Source: Octopus vulgaris (lineage: Eukaryota). Taken from it: DNA of 64,000 nucleotides. The notes beneath the pieces are model-generated. The model worked only from the letters and a program-made list of their open reading frames with translations. It was not told where the DNA came from and searched no databases. The position numbers were made by a program, and so were the translations under genes. The number at the start of each line of letters is the position of its first letter. Position 1 is the first letter of the stretch. This document shows, in pieces, positions 27,131 through 40,594 of the stretch. Location: contig OX597821.1 in the NCBI GenBank assembly GCA_951406725.2, positions 102,362,001-102,426,000 on the forward strand. The letters are read 5' to 3'.

Positions 27131-28631
27131 GTGTATATATATATATGAAACTTCACTAAAGTAATTTATACTTATGTGTGTGCATATGTATATATAAAAC
27201 AATAATGTATTGTTTTGAAGGTGACTTTTTTTTATATATAAATAATTAAATTTAATTAACTCTCGGAGTTGTTGGCGTTAGGAAGGGCATCCAGTTGGAG
27301 AAACTCTGCCAGATCAAGATTGAAGCCTGGAGCAGCCATCTGGCTTGCCAGCCCTCAGTCAAATTGTCCAACCCATGCTAGCATGGAAAGTAGACATTAA
27401 ACGACGATGATGATGCTGATGATGATGATATCTTATCTCAGAGAAACAAGTATTCTTTCACAAAATCCACTCAGGGACACATTGCTCAACACAGCTATCA
27501 CCCAACATAACAGCAAAATGCACATTCTATATACAGATACAAAGACAAACACTAAAACACTGGCAACAAAACAAATATCACAACAAATGCAAAACAAATG
27601 CAGTCAACTAATACAATTCCACAACCCTTAAAAGATGAAACTGCATGCCTCAGGAATAAGAAGCTGTACCAGGAGGTGCAGTAGAAGCTTGCATAAAACT
27701 GTTGATGACATAATAATAACAGTTTGTAAGGTGGCAAGCTGGCAGAAACTTTAGCACGCAGGGCGAAATGCTTAGTGATATTTCGTCTGTTTTAACGTTC
27801 TGAGTTAAAATCCTGCTGAGGTTGACTTTGCCGTTCATCTTTTCAGAGTCAACAAATTAAGTACCAGTTGCATACTGGAGTCGATCTAATTGACTGGCCC
27901 CACCTCCTCCAAAATTTTGGGCCTTGTGCCTAGATTAGAAAAGAATAATAATAGCTTGTAATATAAGCATTAGGCCTGAAATTTGGAGGAAGGAGTTAGT
28001 TGATTAAATGGACCCCATTATTTGAGAGGTATTTGTTTATTTTACCAATTCAAAATCGATGAAAGGCAAAGCTGATCTTGGAAAGATTTGAACTTGGATT
28101 ATAAAGATCCAGAACAAATATCACAAATGTGATGCTTTGATGTGCTTGAGAAGACTTGTCAAACCAAGTGAAATCAAAGTTACAGCTAGTGCCAGTGACA
28201 CGTAACCAATTCCATTCCGGTGACACGTAATGCACCTGTGCAGGTGATATGCGAAAGCATGCATACCAATGATTATGTAAAAACGCCCGAGCCAGTGACA
28301 CATAGAAGGCACCCACTAAACTCTCGGAGTGGTTGGCATTAGGAAGGTCATCCAGCCATAGAAATCAGGCCAAATCTTCAGCTTACCAGCTCCAGTCAAA
28401 CTGCCTAACCCATGCCAACTTGGAAAACAAATGCTAAATGATGATGATAATTGACACTATCACCACCAGATGAGAGGACTACAGTATTTCCCTGGTACAT
28501 TATTTTATTGGCACTTGAAGAGTGAAAAGTAAATTTGACCTTAAATGACAATGGTATTAATCATAATAATATTCATGATAATGATAATAATGATATTAAA
28601 TAAAAATCGAATATCTTTTTTTCAACCTCAC

Positions 28632-29520
28632 CACAACAATATTTCCATTTGTCTGAATATTTATTTGCATATTTGTAAAAGCACTCTGGACGGAAAAAGT
28701 CAAAGGCTGACCCCCACAAACGTTCAAACATATACACCCACGTAAATATATAAATTATATATGATGTATATATATATATATTATATACACACAAATCCAC
28801 ATACAAATACCCTCTAATATCTATGTGTATGTGTACACGCAAAAACACACACACACATATATATATATATATAATAGTTGTCATTTAATGAAAAAATAAA
28901 AAAACAAAAATATAACAACAGTCCATTAATTGGCTGAAATAATTGAATAATATCATGTGTGTGTGTATATATATGTATGTATATAACTTTTCAAAGTGGA
29001 TGGAAAAAGGATGAATAATGAATACAGTGCAGAGACCTCCTTGCCATCTCCCATACTTTGCTAACAGCAAACGGAACAAGAATTGATAATATCATACCAC
29101 CACCACTACCATCACAACACATTTTATTATGTCATGACAACCTCCGCACCCCAAAGTCTGTTTCCCATTTTTGTTGTGCTGTTATTTCTGATGACATCAA
29201 TGCCTGAACACAAGCTGGCAACAATAAGTTGTCGACATTTGGAAAGCTCCTGACTGACTTAGTAAATAATGGAAATATAATATACTTAGGTGAAACAACA
29301 ACAGACAAACTGCAGCAGCACCAATAGTGAAAACAAAAACAGCAACAGCTGAGAAGAGAGAGAGGAGGGAGGAGAGAAAGGAGAGCGAGGAAGGGTGGTG
29401 GTGGTGGTTGATAGCTTTTGAAGTAAAACAAGGATAAATGTCAGAAAATATGATTGGGCTTGAATTATTACGCTTGCAAAACAATTGCTTGTACATTATT
29501 TATTTACCTAGCCATTATGG
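28632..29520 (-). promoter_or_regulatory. Candidate alternative promoter/first exon (CT-rich leader; ATGGAAATATTGTTGTG|GTGAGG)
   Basis: TE-free unique stretch, CT microsatellite-like leader on the minus strand, donor at 28632/28631. Confidence 0.35.
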
Positions 29521-30693
29521 AAAAAAAAAAAAAAAAAAAAAAAAAGAAAAGAAAAAGAGAAAAAGATCCTTGTCATTGACAACTTGGTTAATCAGTAACA
29601 AGTAATTAATAGCTATGTTACGTCTCTGAATATTTACTAGCATAAATGCATGTAGCTGTGAGAGTGTGTATGTTTCTCTACGATTGTTGCATATATGCCT
29701 GTGTCATAAAATGTGTGTGTATATACATGCATGTGTCTAGAGTGAACAGAGGTTAAGCAGAGAAGTGAGGACTCTTTGGCTTTGCAGCAGACAAGGCAAC
29801 ACCTCTCATGGTGGTGCTGTAATAAAATGCACCCACAGCAGACTCAATGAAATCGTTGGTGTTACAAAGTCATCCAGACATAGAAACCACACAAAATAAA
29901 ACAGACAAGCGAGATGCAGTTCTCTGACCTGGATAAGATCTGCATTGGTCTGTGATGCCCATCCACTCCACACCAGCATCGAAAGCAGGTTGTATGAGTA
30001 TGATGGTGATGATGACAATGATGGTCATACAGCTGGTCATAAATATATAATCAAGTATACACACATACATATGCAACTACACAGGCAAATAAACACACGC
30101 AAACATAATCATGTACACATGCAAGGACATATTCATCTAGTTACCCACTGTTAGGAAAACCAGAGACTTTCTGCTCTGGGCACAATAAATAAATACATAA
30201 ATGAATATATAAAATTTCCATACTTGTGTATTTTTATGAATTCGTAATTATTCTCTGCATATCCAAGTATTTTATGATTTGCTTAGGTATAGCAATACTA
30301 ATAACTGGTTGCTACAATGCAATATGTTTATGCTTTAAAATATGAGTAGGTGTTTTACATGCATACCTGCCTGCCTGCCTATATATATATTTATATGTTT
30401 CAGCCCAAGGTGCCACACAGTGGGACTGAACCTCCAACTACATGGTTCTGGGTTCAGTCCCATTGCATGGCATTTTGAGCAAGTGTCTTCCTTGAGAGTG
30501 GATTTGTCAGATGGAAACTGAAAGAAGCCTGTTATGTGTACATATATATATATATATATCATCATCATCGTTTAACGTCCGCTTTCCATGCTAGCATGGG
30601 TTGGACGATTTGACTGAGGTCTGGCGAACCAGATGGCTGCACCAGGCTCCAATCTGATCTGGCAGAGTTTCTAAAAGAGCGTTGTCAGAGTTC

Positions 30694-30759
30694 GCTATGG
30701 GGAGTTGAACCCCGCATCCCTGAGACTGGTTGAGTGTCCTGACCATTAAGCTAAACAGC
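30694..30759 (-). pseudogene. tRNA-like fragment / SINE head
   Basis: A box TAGCTTAATGG, B box GGTTCAACTCC, partial acceptor stem; no convincing anticodon arm. Confidence 0.45.
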
Positions 30760-31466
30760 TGTCTCCTCTCATCATTGCTTGACAACTGGTGTTGATGTGT
30801 TTACATCCCTGTAACTTAGCGGTTTGTCGAGACCAATAGAATAAGTAGTAGGTTTAAAAATAAGACCTGGGGTTGAATTGTTTGACAAAAACATTTTAAG
30901 TTGGTGCTCCAGTATGGCTACAGTCTAATGACTGAAACAAGTAAAAGAATATGTGTGTGCGTGTATAGACACACAGAAACACACACATGGTAATTCAGAC
31001 GTTGCTTTAGCATTTAAATGACATATAAATTTCTAATTTTCATACTGTTACAATTTTTACATTTCTTTATTCATTGTTAATACTGTCGCTGCTATTTTGT
31101 TCTGGATATCTTTCGATATGCATATTGTTTCACATATTTTAAACAAATGCCAAGAGGATGTTAATTCTCTTAAAAGCAGTCAGTCGTACATGTTCAAAGG
31201 ATGTTGAAACAAGAAATAGATTGGAATTCTGCTAACCATGTTTCAAATGATTTAATGCTATAAAGCTCAGGCAAAGACTTGCTCAAGTCGGAGAGGCCAA
31301 ACAGCTTCAGTGAAACACAGCCACCTGGTGGAGCCCTCCATTTACTTGACTTCCAAATGAAAGGATCTATTTGTCAACTTTAACCAAGGAGGGATCTATT
31401 TGTTCACTTTAGCTAAGTCCTTGCTATCAGTGCTAAAACCTGGTGTATATAAAAAAAGCTTTTGAA

Positions 31467-31504
<38 letters not shown>

Positions 31505-31751
31505 AAATGATCATCATCATCCTCTTTTCCATGCTCACATGGTTTGGGCAGAATTTGCTGAAGCAAATTTTCTAGGGTCAGATGCCCTTCCTAACTTATT
31601 TCTAAGTAAGGTAACATTTCCACAAGACCAGACATGCCACAGAAGAATGGAGCTTATCACAAAGCCACACCTTTATATATATATATATATACACACACAC
31701 ATATATATACATGCACACACACTTTATTGTTAATTGCCATGTATATATGTG

Positions 31752-32180
31752 TACAAGATTTGTTCAAAAAGTATCCAACCTTTAAGCATAAAAGAAAAAA
31801 AACATCCCAATTTTGCTCATTTCACAAATTTTATTTAATCACCTTCAAAATAGGCTCCTCAAGAATTCACACACTTCTTCCAGCAGTTCTGCCACTGCTG
31901 GTAACACCTCTGGAATTATATGGAGATCTGCTGTTGCTTTTCTCATAATTTCCCCTCGTGACTCAAATTGCTTCCCTTCCAGTATGGTTTTCAGATAGGG
32001 GACGAGCCAGAAATCATACAGTGCCAAGTCAAAAGAGTTGAACAAATGGTATGTTGTTTTTGACCAGAAAGCTTGGATGATGTGGGCGGAATGAGCAGGT
32101 GTATCGTTGTGGTGAAGTCGCCAATTCTTTGCTGCCCACAAATTTGGCCACTTTCGACTCACAGCATCATGAAGGCGACA
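31752..32180 (-). mobile_element. Mariner transposase remnant with one TIR
   Basis: WRLHHNDTPAHSA and SFDLALYDFWLVPYLK...GKQF correspond to the HHDNAPAH and YSPDLAPxDF motifs; TA plus TIR at 31752. Confidence 0.85.
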
Positions 32181-32534
32181 TATTAATCTCCACTTGAGTT
32201 CTGGCTATCAACACTGTCAGATTCCAGACAAGTATAGAAAATCCTGGCTTCACTTGACAACCATTGTTGGTGTGTTTACATCCCCCATAACTTAGTGGTT
32301 TGGTAAAAGAGACCAATAGAATAAGTACTATGCTTAAAAAGTAAGTTCTGGGGTTGATTTGCTCAACTAAAGCCCTTCAAGGCAGTGCTCCATCATGGTC
32401 ACAATGAAATGACTGAAACAAGTAAAGGAGTAAAAGAGTGGCAACAATTCCTTATTTTCTTTTGCCAATTGTTTTGTTAACCTAGAAGGTCCCATAGTTA
32501 CGCTCATTTAGGTGGAATTATAATTCAAAATCAC

Positions 32535-32932
32535 AAGTCCTGTCCTTGTTGCAGTGTAATAGCTTGGATACCTCAATGACTGAGGGCTATGCCAGCAGAG
32601 ATCAAGCTCTTGATAGAGCCTTTCATACTAGACAGGTCGAAAAATAGAGGCCAGACTAATGTGGGTCACCTCTTTCCTGAAGTAAAAATTGGATTTTGTA
32701 GGGACAACACCCCTACCTAGAAAAATGCAAAGTTACAGAAGCATTGCCGACAATTCAAAGCCAACAAGACTTGGGAGAGGAAGACCTTCCCTTAAAGAAA
32801 CCGATGACAAAGCAGCAAAATTCTAAAGGAAGCTACAAGGAAAAGCAGAAAAGATAGTCCAGCATTGAGAAGAGTGAAGGTACATTGTCCATGGTCTATG
32901 TCCCTGGGGGAATGAAGGATTTAAGTGAAGTG
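32535..32932 (+). mobile_element. Internally deleted (bipartite) RTE: 5'UTR fused to 3' tail
   Basis: 5' part cctcaatgac...gctatgccagc...gacaggtc; 3' part ggtctatgtccc...gaatgaaggatttaagt; recognised from memory of RTE termini. Confidence 0.5.
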
Positions 32933-33433
32933 GTATCTCAAAAACTTTGATGCTTCTTTCTGGTGATGTTACTCTTAGTATTACATTTCCTCACATTCTG
33001 TCCTTTTGGTGAGGCCAACTCAGCCAAAGGAATTCCCCCAACTGCAGCATTTTATTTGAATGTAACAAGGATTTTACATGACATAAATTGGCTCCACTCT
33101 CACTTCACAGTCAAGTGGTTAACAGTAAGTGGGACATCCTGCAGTATTTAAGTACCACCACCTCCCGTCATAATGGCTCAAATGTCCAAATTTGTATAAA
33201 ACAATCCCAGCTATATGAGGTTATACGTCATAAATACCAATTTTAGACAAACGCAAAATTATGCTATAGTGCTGAACAATGAAGCTTCTTAATATACTTG
33301 CCCAAAGTGCTATGCAGTGAGATTGAACCCAAGCCATGTGGATGGGAGGCAAACTTCTTAACCACATGGCTATGCTATATACGTACCAAATTGCATCTAC
33401 ACACACATATACACTGTGCAGAATTACACATAC

Positions 33434-33481
33434 TGCTTCAATTCTCGTGTGCTGTTTGATGTATTTGACAATAGTCTCCAT
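33434..33481 (-). CDS. Candidate alternative first coding segment METIVKYIKQHTRIEA (exon about 33568-33434, phase 0)
   Basis: Acceptor ttttctgtacAG at 33571-33569, Kozak-like gcaATGG, donor GCA|GTATGT. Confidence 0.35.
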
Positions 33482-33709
33482 TGCAAGTCATTGATAATAG
33501 TGTCTTAGACGAATTATCATGAAAACAGCAACACATTAAATAGTGAATGTCTTCTTCACATCAATTTCCTGTACAGAAAAATCTGCTTGCTGAATGGTGG
33601 TCTTGGATTATTGGTGATTTGGGATCTGCACTACCATGCCTCCAACGAACAAAAGGAAGAAGGAATACAGGAGACGTGTAAGCTGTAACAAAGTGCAGAA
33701 CATATAGGA

Positions 33710-34610
33710 CAGCAGCAATTTTGAGGAGGTGGGGACATGTTGATTACAATGAGTGCAGTACTTGACTGTTACTTTATTTTATTGATCCTGGAAGGATGGA
33801 AGGCATACTTGACCTTGGAGGGATATGAACTCAGGAGGAAATATTAAGCATTTTCTCTGATGCACTAATGATTCTGCCAGTTCTCCACAACAACAACAAC
33901 AATAATAATGGGCTTAAATTTTGCTACAAGGGCAGTAGTTTTGAGGAGGTGGGAATCAGTCAATTACATCAACCCCAGTGTTTAACTGGTACTTATTTTA
34001 TTGACTGCAAAAGGATGAAAGGCAAAGTTGACCTCAGAACATATGAACTCAGGAGGAAATATTAAGCATTTTCTCTGATGCACTAATGATTCTGCCAGTT
34101 CTCCACAACAACAACAACAATAATAATGGGCTTAAATTTTGCTACAAGGGCAGGCCTGAAAGTTTGAGGGAAGGGGTAAGCTGATTACAGTGAACCCAGT
34201 GCTCAACTGGAACTTACTGATGTAAAAGGATGAAAAGCAAAGTTGACCTCAGCAGAATTTGAACTTGGAACCAGATGAAATGCTGGTAACAATAATAATA
34301 ATCCTTTCTACAATAGGCACAAAGCCTGGAATTTATAAGGAGAGAACTAGTTGATTATATTGATCCTAGCACATGACTGGTACTTATTTCATCGACCCTG
34401 AAAAGATGAAGGGCAAAGTTGATAAAAATGGTTTCCAATTTTAGCAGAAGGCCAATAGTTTTGATGGAAGAGGTAGGTAACCCCTTAGGAACCCTGAAAG
34501 GATAAACAGGTATAGTTAGCCTCAGTGGGATTTGAACTCAGAACATAACATGTTGGAGGAAATGCTACTTAGCAGTTTGTTGGATGCACTAATGATTCTG
34601 CCAGCTCAGC
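33710..34610 (-). mobile_element. Tandem array of about five Nin/Deu-domain SINEs
   Basis: Repeated ggatgaaaggcaaagttgacctc...gaactc units with (AAC/AAT)n linkers. Confidence 0.75.
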
Positions 34611-35687
34611 ACGACAGTAACTCAACATGATAAGACTAGAGGGAACTCCTTAGTCCTGTCCAGACAATCTCTCTAGTGGCAGTAATATGATAAACTGCAC
34701 TCAGTCTATACTTCATACTGTAAAAAAACAAACCTACTTGCCATACAAAAGGAATTAGCAGTTTTCTCTTTTGGTGTGTGTATGTGTGTGTACTAGATGA
34801 CATGCAGTGAGGTACCAAGCAGGAGCTGACCCATGCAACATATGCTGCCATAGACGAGTTGACAGTTTTCACTGGCATATGTTGGAGGAAGTAAAATAGC
34901 TTTTTTATAGAGTTTATAGATAGTACTTACCACCAAGTCAGTCCTGACTGAACAGACTTACGATGAAAGATATTCCAGCCTCAACTGTCCAGTCTGTTTT
35001 TCAGAAACAGAAGGGTATGAACTGGAGTTTTTATTTTGCTTTTGATCTGCTGTTCTTAGGTCATGAGTAATAAATATCTTTGATCTGATAAAAATCACTT
35101 TGCAACCAACAATCCTTTCATATATCGCTGTTGTTGTGATTGTCCTTATCATAATTTAACATCCACTTTTCCATGCTTGCACAAGCCAAATGGGATTTGT
35201 TCAGGCAGATTTTCTTCCTGCTGCCAACTCCCACCTGTTTCCAAGGTAATATTTCCCCATGGCCAGACGTGTTTTACACAGAAGACTGGAAACAAGCAGT
35301 CTCATTTGTATGATGATGATGATGATGATGTTCATTTACAACCATCACATGATGTCTAAACAAGAACATGCACACACACACACACACACACAATGGGCAT
35401 TTTTTAGTTTCCATCTACTAACTCAACAGATAAGGCCTTGGTTAATCCAAGGCTTTAGCAAGAGACACTTGCTTAGGGTACCATGCAGTCAGCTGACCCC
35501 AAGACTACAAGGTTGGGAAGTAAACTTCTTAACCACACAGCCATGCCTGCATATATACCACTGTCTTGACAACTATCACCTGTTTCATGTGTTTGTATTT
35601 CTCTCACTTATAGTTCCTGGGTTGACCAATGCTTTGTGAATGAATTTTGGTGGACAGAAACTGTACAAAAACCCATCATATATATAT

Positions 35688-36160
35688 ATCATCATCATCG
35701 TCGTTTAACGTCCGTTCTCCATGCTAGCATGGGTTGGACGGTTCGACCGGGGATCTGGGAAGCCAGAAGGCTGCACCAGGCTCCAGTCTTATCTGGCAGT
35801 GTTTCTACAGCTGGATGCCCTTCCTAACGCCAACCACTCCGTGAGTGTAGTGGGTGCTTTTTACGTGCCACCTGCACAGGTGCCAGGCGAGGCTGGCAAC
35901 GGCCACGGTCGGATTGGTGTATTTTATGTGCCACCAGCACGGAAGCCAGACGAGGCGGTGCTGGCATCGGCTACGAGTCGGATGGTGCTTTTTACGTACC
36001 ACCAGACCAGGGATCCTGGCTGGTTCAATTCGATTTCGATTTCGCTTGCCCCAACATGTCTTCGCAAGCAAGGGGGTTGGCATGGGTGCCTGTTGTACGG
36101 TCAGATTGGTGTATTTTACGTGCCACCGGCACGGAAGCCAGTGGAGGCGGCACTGGCATA
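35688..36160 (-). mobile_element. RTE 3'UTR/tail copy (young)
   Basis: Tail-proximal part nearly identical, inverted, to 56190-56661; (CAT)n at left end. Confidence 0.8.
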
Positions 36161-37216
36161 TATATATATCTATATGTGTTTGTCTCTACATAGACACCAC
36201 TTGCGTTGTGGTAACATTTGTTCTACAGCGCAGTGTTTCAATGCACACCTTACTCGAAAACGTGTAAGGATTAGTACCAAGAAGGCATCCAACTATAGAA
36301 CACTGTTTCAAGAAGTGTTGCCAAAACGATGGCCATGGACAAAGTGATTGTAAAAACAAAATAATGATGGTGATGGTGTCCATGACTTTTCATTATCAAA
36401 GGTGATTGACCTCATTAACCTTTTTTTTTGAGAAAATCTGGCATCTACCCACAACAGCTAAGAGCCTAGTTAATAGGGATTTGAATTCATAAATCATGAA
36501 CAGGTAGCCCAATACTTCATCAGCTCAGCATTTAGCTTCTCTTTTTAGCAGGATACACATAAAAAAAAAATGTATGCTTGACCACTGTGCTAATATGATC
36601 ACTTGCAGGAATCCTAATAGATTTAATTTAATTACCTAATCATCCTGTAGTTAGATCTCATAAGACAAATTCAGTGAAGTAGTTATCCTATCATGAATAC
36701 TAATAAACATTAACTCATTAATATACAAACAGCATACAGATATGCTAATGATCAATTATCGATACATTGATTATCAAGGAGTTCTCAGGATATTCATTTT
36801 CTTTCATCTTTGTTTTGCTTTTTTGTTTCTTTTTCTTATAATTTTTTCATTAATTCCTTTATTCATTTATTTATTTATTTTAGGAATACAGAATTATCTA
36901 GACTTCCTCTATGTGATACTATTCATTATCTAGATTTGGTAATATATCACCAACCATGTTAAAATATCCACTTTTCCATGCATGCATGGGTCGGATGGAA
37001 TTTGTTGAGTTGGATTTTTCTATGACTGAATGGCCTTCCTGTTGCCAATCCTCACCTGTTTCCCCATAACCTGACATGTTTTCATGGAAGATTGAAAATG
37101 GAAGACATTGCTTGCATCATGATGGTGACACTCATGTACAACTATCTTGCGAAGTCAAGGCAAGGAGGTAGTTACACACATACTCATACACATAAGTGTA
37201 TGTGTGTGTGTGTGTG

Positions 37217-37252
<36 letters not shown>

Positions 37253-37654
37253 TATAGGCGCAGGAGTGGCTGTGTGGTAAGTAGCTTGCTTACCAACCAC
37301 ATGGTTCTGGGTTCAGTCCCACTCTGTGGCACCTTGGGCAAGTGTCTTCTACTATAGCCTTGGGCTGACCAAAGCCTTGTGAGTGGATTTGGTAGACGGA
37401 AACTGAAAGAAGGCTGTTGTATATATCATCATCATCATTTAACATCCGCTTTCCATGCTAGCATGGGTTGGATGGTTCGACCGCGGATCTGGGAAGCCAG
37501 AAGGCTGCACCAGGCTCCAGTCTGATCTGGCAGTGTTTCTACAGCTGGATGCCCTTCCTAATGCCAACCACTCCGAGAGTGTAGTGGGTGCTTTTTACGT
37601 GCCACCCGCACACATACACTGATTATATCTGCATGTATTATCTTTATTTTAACA

Positions 37655-37698
37655 TCCATTATATACATATATATCATATATATATATATATATATGTG

Positions 37699-37762
<64 letters not shown>

Positions 37763-37773
37763 ATCCAGGCTCC

Positions 37774-37820
<47 letters not shown>

Positions 37821-37830
37821 GTGTGTGTGT
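37655..37830. repeat. Long compound (TA)n/(TG)n microsatellite, representative of many in the window
   Basis: Direct reading. Confidence 0.95.
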
Positions 37831-38085
37831 ATATGTTTGTGTGTCTGTTTGTCCCCCCAACATGTCAAGCTAAATGAATTGTGGTTGTTACCAGTGCTGG
37901 TGACATGTAAAAACACACAGCACACGTGGTTGGTGTTAGGAAGGGCATCCAGCTGTAGAAACCAAGCCAAAACAGATGGCTGGAGCCTGGTGCAGCTCTC
38001 CAGTTTACCAGTTCCAATCAAGCCATCTAACCCATGCTAGCATGGAAAATGGATGTTAAATGATGATGATGATGATGCGCTAGAG

Positions 38086-38427
38086 CATATGTTCTCAAAG
38101 TGGCTACTACTGCCCCCTCCACCCCCTGTGGGCGTTGAAGATGGTCCAGGTGGGCGCTGGTGCCTAAGGTGGAAGTGGGGGCAGTAGAGAAAAAGGAGGA
38201 GTTGCGAGGAAGGCAGTGGATTGGGGTACGCTATGAATTTATTATAATATTATTATAGTATTGTATTCAAATTATATAATATTATATTAAATATGAAATG
38301 ATTCATAATATATATAAATTAGTAAAATATAAAATATGCATTTATACATAAAAATAGGGGTGGGGACGCTGAGGGTATTATGTGGCCATGAGTGGGGGTG
38401 GTGGTCCAAAAAGTTTGAGAACCTCTG
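38086..38427. mobile_element. hAT (MER5-like) MITE
   Basis: TIRs catatgttctcaaa / tttgagaacctctg; TSD cgctagag / cactagag. Confidence 0.75.
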
Positions 38428-38645
38428 CACTAGAGTGTAACCTGTCATATGATGGGCAAATGAACCAACCTTTATCAGCTATTATACTGAGACACACACA
38501 TACCATATATAATTTTATTGTACCTGAACTTCTTTTATATCTGTCACTCAGGTTACTCAAGGATTTTCTCTGTTGGCTGAAGGAATTAACAAAAGTTCCC
38601 ATTTCTAAGAACGATAAAAACTAAATCAATAAAAATCACACTTAC

Positions 38646-38700
38646 CTTTAATATCTACTTTCTATTCCAGATGTGTCAAAGTTAAAAACATATTTAATTC
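38646..38700 (-). other. 55-nt non-coding (5'UTR) internal exon
   Basis: Acceptor tttattttctttttcaacAG and donor AAG|GTAAGT, both near consensus; stops in all three frames. Confidence 0.6.
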
Positions 38701-39706
38701 CTGTTGAAAAAGAAAATAAATTGTTATTTATTTAATTGGTATTAATTAACCCAACACTCCACAAAAAAAAAAAAGAAAAATAAATACACAAGCCAGAGAT
38801 AGAAAATGGCAAAGTGATGAGGTAAGCTGAGCTTCAATCAAAGTTTTAAGAGGAGTTAAGGTAAGAGACAAACTTATAGTTGTTAGAATTACCATATTTA
38901 CTTATGCTTAAGTTGCACTGTTTTATATATAATTTTAACTGAAAATTTGGAGTGGTGGCACGTAAAAGCACCCACTACACTCTTGGAGTGGTTGGTGTTA
39001 GGAAGGGAATCCAGCTGTAGAAACTCTGCCAGATCAAGATTGGAGCCTGGTGCAGCCATCCGGTTCACCAGTCCTCAGTCAAATCGTCCAGCCCATGCGA
39101 GCATGGAAAGCGGATGTTAACTGATGATGACTTATACCAGGGGTAAAGCTACAACTGTGAAAGGAAAAAATTCGGTACAAAGACTTAACACTAAAGTAGG
39201 AGTGCGAGTAATACATTATTCTATTTTCTATTGCAAGTCCCCTCCAAATACCCAATCAATTGAAAACACTTTAGCATGGCTGGATTCAGCCAGACATTTT
39301 TCTCCCTTTATTGTGTTTGCAACTTGAAGCATAATTTACACTCATTCTGTTGTTGTTTTAGGAAACTGCAGATAAAAACAAATAAACGATAAAATATACC
39401 ATGGCATGTTCTGCTGAAGCTTGTGTTTTTCTATCATCTCACTTGCACTACAGCATTACTACACCCTACTGTTACACATTCAGTGAGGAATGCTCTCTTC
39501 ATTTCTTCCCAGCATTTATGCATTGTCTGCATTCAATGCTCTCGTTCTATTAATGTATGCACAGGCATGGCTGTGTGATGCAGGTCACTTTGCAACCACA
39601 TGGGTTTCAGGCTCAGTTCCATTATAGTGGCACCTTGAGCAAGTGTCTTCCACTATTGCTAATAACATAATAGAACATTATAGCACAAAAGCATAACTTG
39701 TATTTA

Positions 39707-39760
<54 letters not shown>

Positions 39761-40594
39761 TTTCACTCCTAAGACAGAAGGAATGTTCTTGAGCCTTCCT
39801 GGCACATCCAGTTTTTCAAAGAATTTCTTATTCCAAATGACTTGGAGAGCATGAAGCAAGTGAGCTATATATTGACAGAAGAAATTCTAACAGAATAGAT
39901 GAACTTGTGACTTTGAAATAAATGAGTGGCAGATGTAAAGGAACACATACATTATTTAATAAACACGAGATATAAATGTAAGTTGCTATAAGTTTCCTGC
40001 TCTGCTGTACAGCAATCAGACATGTTTGACTGACTATTGTACTATTGGAGCTTTCATGAGTCAGAGAGAACTTGTTGAGACAGATTTTCTATGCCCAGAT
40101 GCCCTTCCTGTCAACAATCTTCACCTGTTTCCAAGTAAAAATAATACTTCCCCACAGTTAGACATGTTTTCAACAGAAGAGAAGAAAGAAACAACCTCAC
40201 TCGTATAACAATAATGCTCTTTTACGATTATCACATGATGTCTAAACAAAGGCATATACTAACACACACACACATGATGGGTTACTTTCAGTTTCCCTCA
40301 ATCAAACCCACTCACAAGGCTTTGGTTGACCTGGGGCTATAATAGAAGACACTTGACCAAAATGCCGTGCAGTGCGACTGACCGCAAGGCCGTATGGTTG
40401 GGAAGCAAGCTTCTCAAGCACACAGTCACACCTGCAAACACACACACACACACACACACTTTTAATAATATTTAGCAGAAGTAACTGAGTGACTCAAAGT
40501 CTGAGAGTTTCATGCACTGGCATTTAAGTGCCAATGCATGAAACTCTCAGACGTTTTGTCATTTTGTCACTTCTGCTAAATATTAATAAAAATA

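Noticed and set aside
30694-30759. Functional tRNA gene
   Set aside because: Too short, no anticodon arm, incomplete acceptor stem
33577-33677. Plus-strand exon-like segment with two open frames
   Set aside because: No recognisable protein, no partner exons, and it abuts a better minus-strand acceptor
35721-36347. 208-aa ORF and its 149-aa relative at 56180-56629
   Set aside because: Antisense translation of the RTE 3'UTR repeat, not a gene family
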